64,000 nucleotides of DNA from an uncultured Actinomycetota bacterium (GTDB taxonomy: Bacteria > Actinomycetota > Actinomycetes > JAHEKZ01): NCBI GenBank assembly GCA_963829525.1, contig CAWHIJ010000003.1, positions 96,001 to 160,000 on the forward strand, in the 5' to 3' direction. This document shows, piece by piece, positions 61,789 through 64,000 of this stretch. Positions within the stretch are counted from its first letter, which is position 1; each line of letters opens with the position of its first letter. The notes below the pieces were generated by a model, which worked only from the letters and a program-made list of their open reading frames with translations, did no database searches and was not told where the DNA came from. Both the position numbers and the translations under genes were made by a program.

Positions 61789-62865
61789 TCAGCGCGCATA
61801 GGCGGCCACAAGTGCCTCGCGCGTGACCTGAGTCTGGGCCTGGACCAGCGCGAACATCGCCTCACGTGCCCATCGCTGCTCGGGCGATGTCAGCAGCATC
61901 GCGCGTCCGGCCTGCACGGTGATCAGCGCGGAGGTCACGTCCTGCGCAAGCCGGGTGACCTCCGCCCTGATGGCGATCCGCTCATCCACCGCCTCCCCGG
62001 GCGCGACGTCGTCGACCAGCGCGTAGGCGCGCGCCCGCAGCCGCACGTACCGCTCCTGCCACTGTCGCGCAAGGCCCGACGCCGACTCCCAACGCCGGTG
62101 CTCGGCCGCCGCTGTCAGCGCGTTGAGTGCGGCTCGAGTGAGTCCGAAGACTGCTGGTGGCGCATTCGCCGTTCGTTGCAAATCTGCGGTCAACCACTCA
62201 CGTTTCGGTAGTACGCGAGCCACCTCGGCATCACTGACCGGCATGTGGTCCAGAACGGCTCCGACCGTCGATGTTCCCTGCATCGCGGCGAGCGGGAGTT
62301 CACCGGTGATCGTCAGCCCCTGGCGCTCGGACGCGGGCAGCAGCGCCTGCACGACCTCGCCGTCCGGCGTCTCAGCCATGAGCAATAGGACGTCGGCAAG
62401 GCCCCACGACGTGATCCAGTCGAGGCGACCACTCACCACAAATCCGTCACCCTGAAGAGTCGCAGTGACCGTCGGTGCGCCTGGACGGCGTAAGTGCGCG
62501 AAGGCGACTGCGCCGAGAAGGCCACCACTCTGCAGCCCTGCGGCCCAGCGCTCGCTCAGCGTCTCGTTCTGGGTGGTTCGAGCGGCCTCGGCCGGCGATC
62601 GATGTTGTGCCAGGACGAACCATAGGGCACCGGACGTCCCCGCAAGTTGCTCGTGCACCTCGCGCGTCCGAGCTGGCGACCAACTGCTGCCGAGCCCCGC
62701 CGAGAGGACACCGGCCGCGGCCAGTCGGGCGACATCGGAACGACTCACCCCTTCGCTCTCGAGCCGCTGCGCGTCCGGCGCATAGGCGCGCACCGCGTCT
62801 ACCGCCGCCGCCAGCTCTGCTGAATCGCTGACTCGCGCATCGGCACCGATCACGTCCTCGACCAC
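61789..62865 (-). CDS. Acyl-CoA dehydrogenase-fold flavoprotein
   Basis: LWFVLAQH, VSGRLDWITSWG, EQRWAREAMF; start re-called to GTG 62865 because the longer ORF is antisense to the next gene. Confidence 0.8.
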   Translation of the reverse strand: MVEDVIGADARVSDSAELAAAVDAVRAYAPDAQRLESEGVSRSDVARLAAAGVLSAGLGSSWSPARTREVHEQLAGTSGALWFVLAQHRSPAEAARTTQNETLSERWAAGLQSGGLLGAVAFAHLRRPGAPTVTATLQGDGFVVSGRLDWITSWGLADVLLLMAETPDGEVVQALLPASERQGLTITGELPLAAMQGTSTVGAVLDHMPVSDAEVARVLPKREWLTADLQRTANAPPAVFGLTRAALNALTAAAEHRRWESASGLARQWQERYVRLRARAYALVDDVAPGEAVDERIAIRAEVTRLAQDVTSALITVQAGRAMLLTSPEQRWAREAMFALVQAQTQVTREALVAAYAR

Positions 62866-62869
62866 CTGA

Positions 62870-62883
62870 CCACCGTACGGTGG
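62870..62883. promoter_or_regulatory. Palindromic bidirectional -10 element
   Basis: CCACCGTACGGTGG gives TACGGT on both strands, each 6 nt from a GTG start. Confidence 0.7.
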
Positions 62884-62887
62884 GGCC

Positions 62888-64000
62888 GTGAGCACCGACC
62901 GCCTCGTCCCCCACTTGGCTGGGCTCGGCACCACGATCTTCGCCGAGATGTCCGCCCTTGCCGTCTCGACAGGGGCCATCAACCTCGGGCAGGGATTCCC
63001 CGACGTGGATGGCCCGCCGTCAGTCGCTGAGGCAGCCGTTGAGGCGATACGAAGCGGGCTCGGCAACCAATACCCGCCCGGCCCCGGGGTTCCTGTTCTA
63101 CGGCAAGCGATCGCCGCGCACCAAAAGGGGTGGTACGCACAGGCACTCGATCCCGACACCGAGGTGCTCGTGACTGCCGGAGCCACCGAGGCGATCGCCG
63201 CAGCGATGCTGGCGTTCATCGATGAAGGCGACGAGGTCATCGCGCTCGAGCCGTTCTACGACTCATACCGAGCAACAATCACCATGGCCCGCGGCCGCTG
63301 CGTTCCGGTGCGGCTGGAACCGCCGGACTTCCGCCTCGCCGCGGACCGGCTCCGCGCGGCCGTGACGGATCGGAGCAAAGTGATTCTGCTGAACTCCCCG
63401 CACAACCCAACGGGAGCGGTCTTGAGCCGCGCTGAGCTGGACGCTGTGGCACGGGTGGCGATCGACCACGACCTCCTCGTCGTCACCGACGAGGTCTACG
63501 AGCATCTCGCCTTCGACGAGCCCCACATCCCGATCGCCGAGCTCCCAGGAATGGCTGAGCGCACCGTCTCCATCTCGAGCGCGGGCAAGACGTTCTCGTT
63601 CACCGGGTGGAAGATCGGCTGGGTCACCGGTCCGGCTGAACTCGTCGCTGCCGTGCGCACCACTAAGCAATTCCTCACCTTCGTGAGCGGAGGTCCGTTC
63701 CAGTTCGCCATTGCGCACGCGCTCGAGAACGAGATGCCATGGGTCGAAGGTCTGCGAGAGTCGATGGCCGATCGCCGCGACCTGCTCAGTGACGGCCTGG
63801 CCGGTCTCGGTATGACCACCTACCGCCCTCGCGGCACGTACTTCGTCACCACCGACATCCGATCCGTCGGTTGGGATGACGCCCTCACCTTCTGCCGCGC
63901 CCTTCCCGAACGTGCCGGAGTTGTTGCCGTGCCTTGCTCTGTCTTCTACGAAAGCCCCGGCCCGGCCGAACGCGCCATGGTTCGCTGGACGTTCAGCAAG
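62888..64000 (+). CDS. Class I/II PLP aminotransferase (DapC/YbdL-like), truncated by window end
   Basis: TTIFAEMSALA, INLGQGFPD, NSPHNPTG, DEVYEH, SSAGKTFSFTGWKIGW; missing from the ORF track because no stop lies in the window. Confidence 0.93.
   Translation, partial: MSTDRLVPHLAGLGTTIFAEMSALAVSTGAINLGQGFPDVDGPPSVAEAAVEAIRSGLGNQYPPGPGVPVLRQAIAAHQKGWYAQALDPDTEVLVTAGATEAIAAAMLAFIDEGDEVIALEPFYDSYRATITMARGRCVPVRLEPPDFRLAADRLRAAVTDRSKVILLNSPHNPTGAVLSRAELDAVARVAIDHDLLVVTDEVYEHLAFDEPHIPIAELPGMAERTVSISSAGKTFSFTGWKIGWVTGPAELVAAVRTTKQFLTFVSGGPFQFAIAHALENEMPWVEGLRESMADRRDLLSDGLAGLGMTTYRPRGTYFVTTDIRSVGWDDALTFCRALPERAGVVAVPCSVFYESPGPAERAMVRWTFSK

Noticed and set aside
62866-63240. N-terminal extension of the 483-aa minus-strand ORF
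   Set aside because: Antisense shadow of the aminotransferase gene

Overview
High-GC actinobacterial chromosome segment; the taxon is inferred from bldC, vdh, DUF3073, DUF3151, an Rpf and the tRNA set. The core is a dispersed purine cluster (purA, purD, purB, purC, purS, purQ, purL, purF, purM) plus pyrE. It also holds four tRNAs (Lys-TTT, Glu-TTC, Asp-GTC, Phe-GAA), a c-di-AMP riboswitch ahead of an NlpC/P60 hydrolase, an RpfB-like gene, two two-component systems, an MMPL exporter, a GGDEF-EAL/GNAT pair, a Pot-type ABC importer run into kynureninase, and a degraded vapBC pair. The stretch ~37.1-47.0 kb is full of small indels (purQ, galE, purC, purB, vapC, sensor kinase, response regulator), most likely assembly error. 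No CRISPR array, integrase or transposase was seen. The best leads are: (1) a multi-hairpin 5' leader of the rpf gene that I cannot match to a known RNA; (2) a symmetric palindromic bidirectional promoter between two leaderless genes at 62865-62888; (3) ATCAACCG repeats next to the tRNA-Lys 3' end; (4) a family of ~60-bp long-loop REP-like palindromes. All calls come from reading the sequence; no database searches were run.
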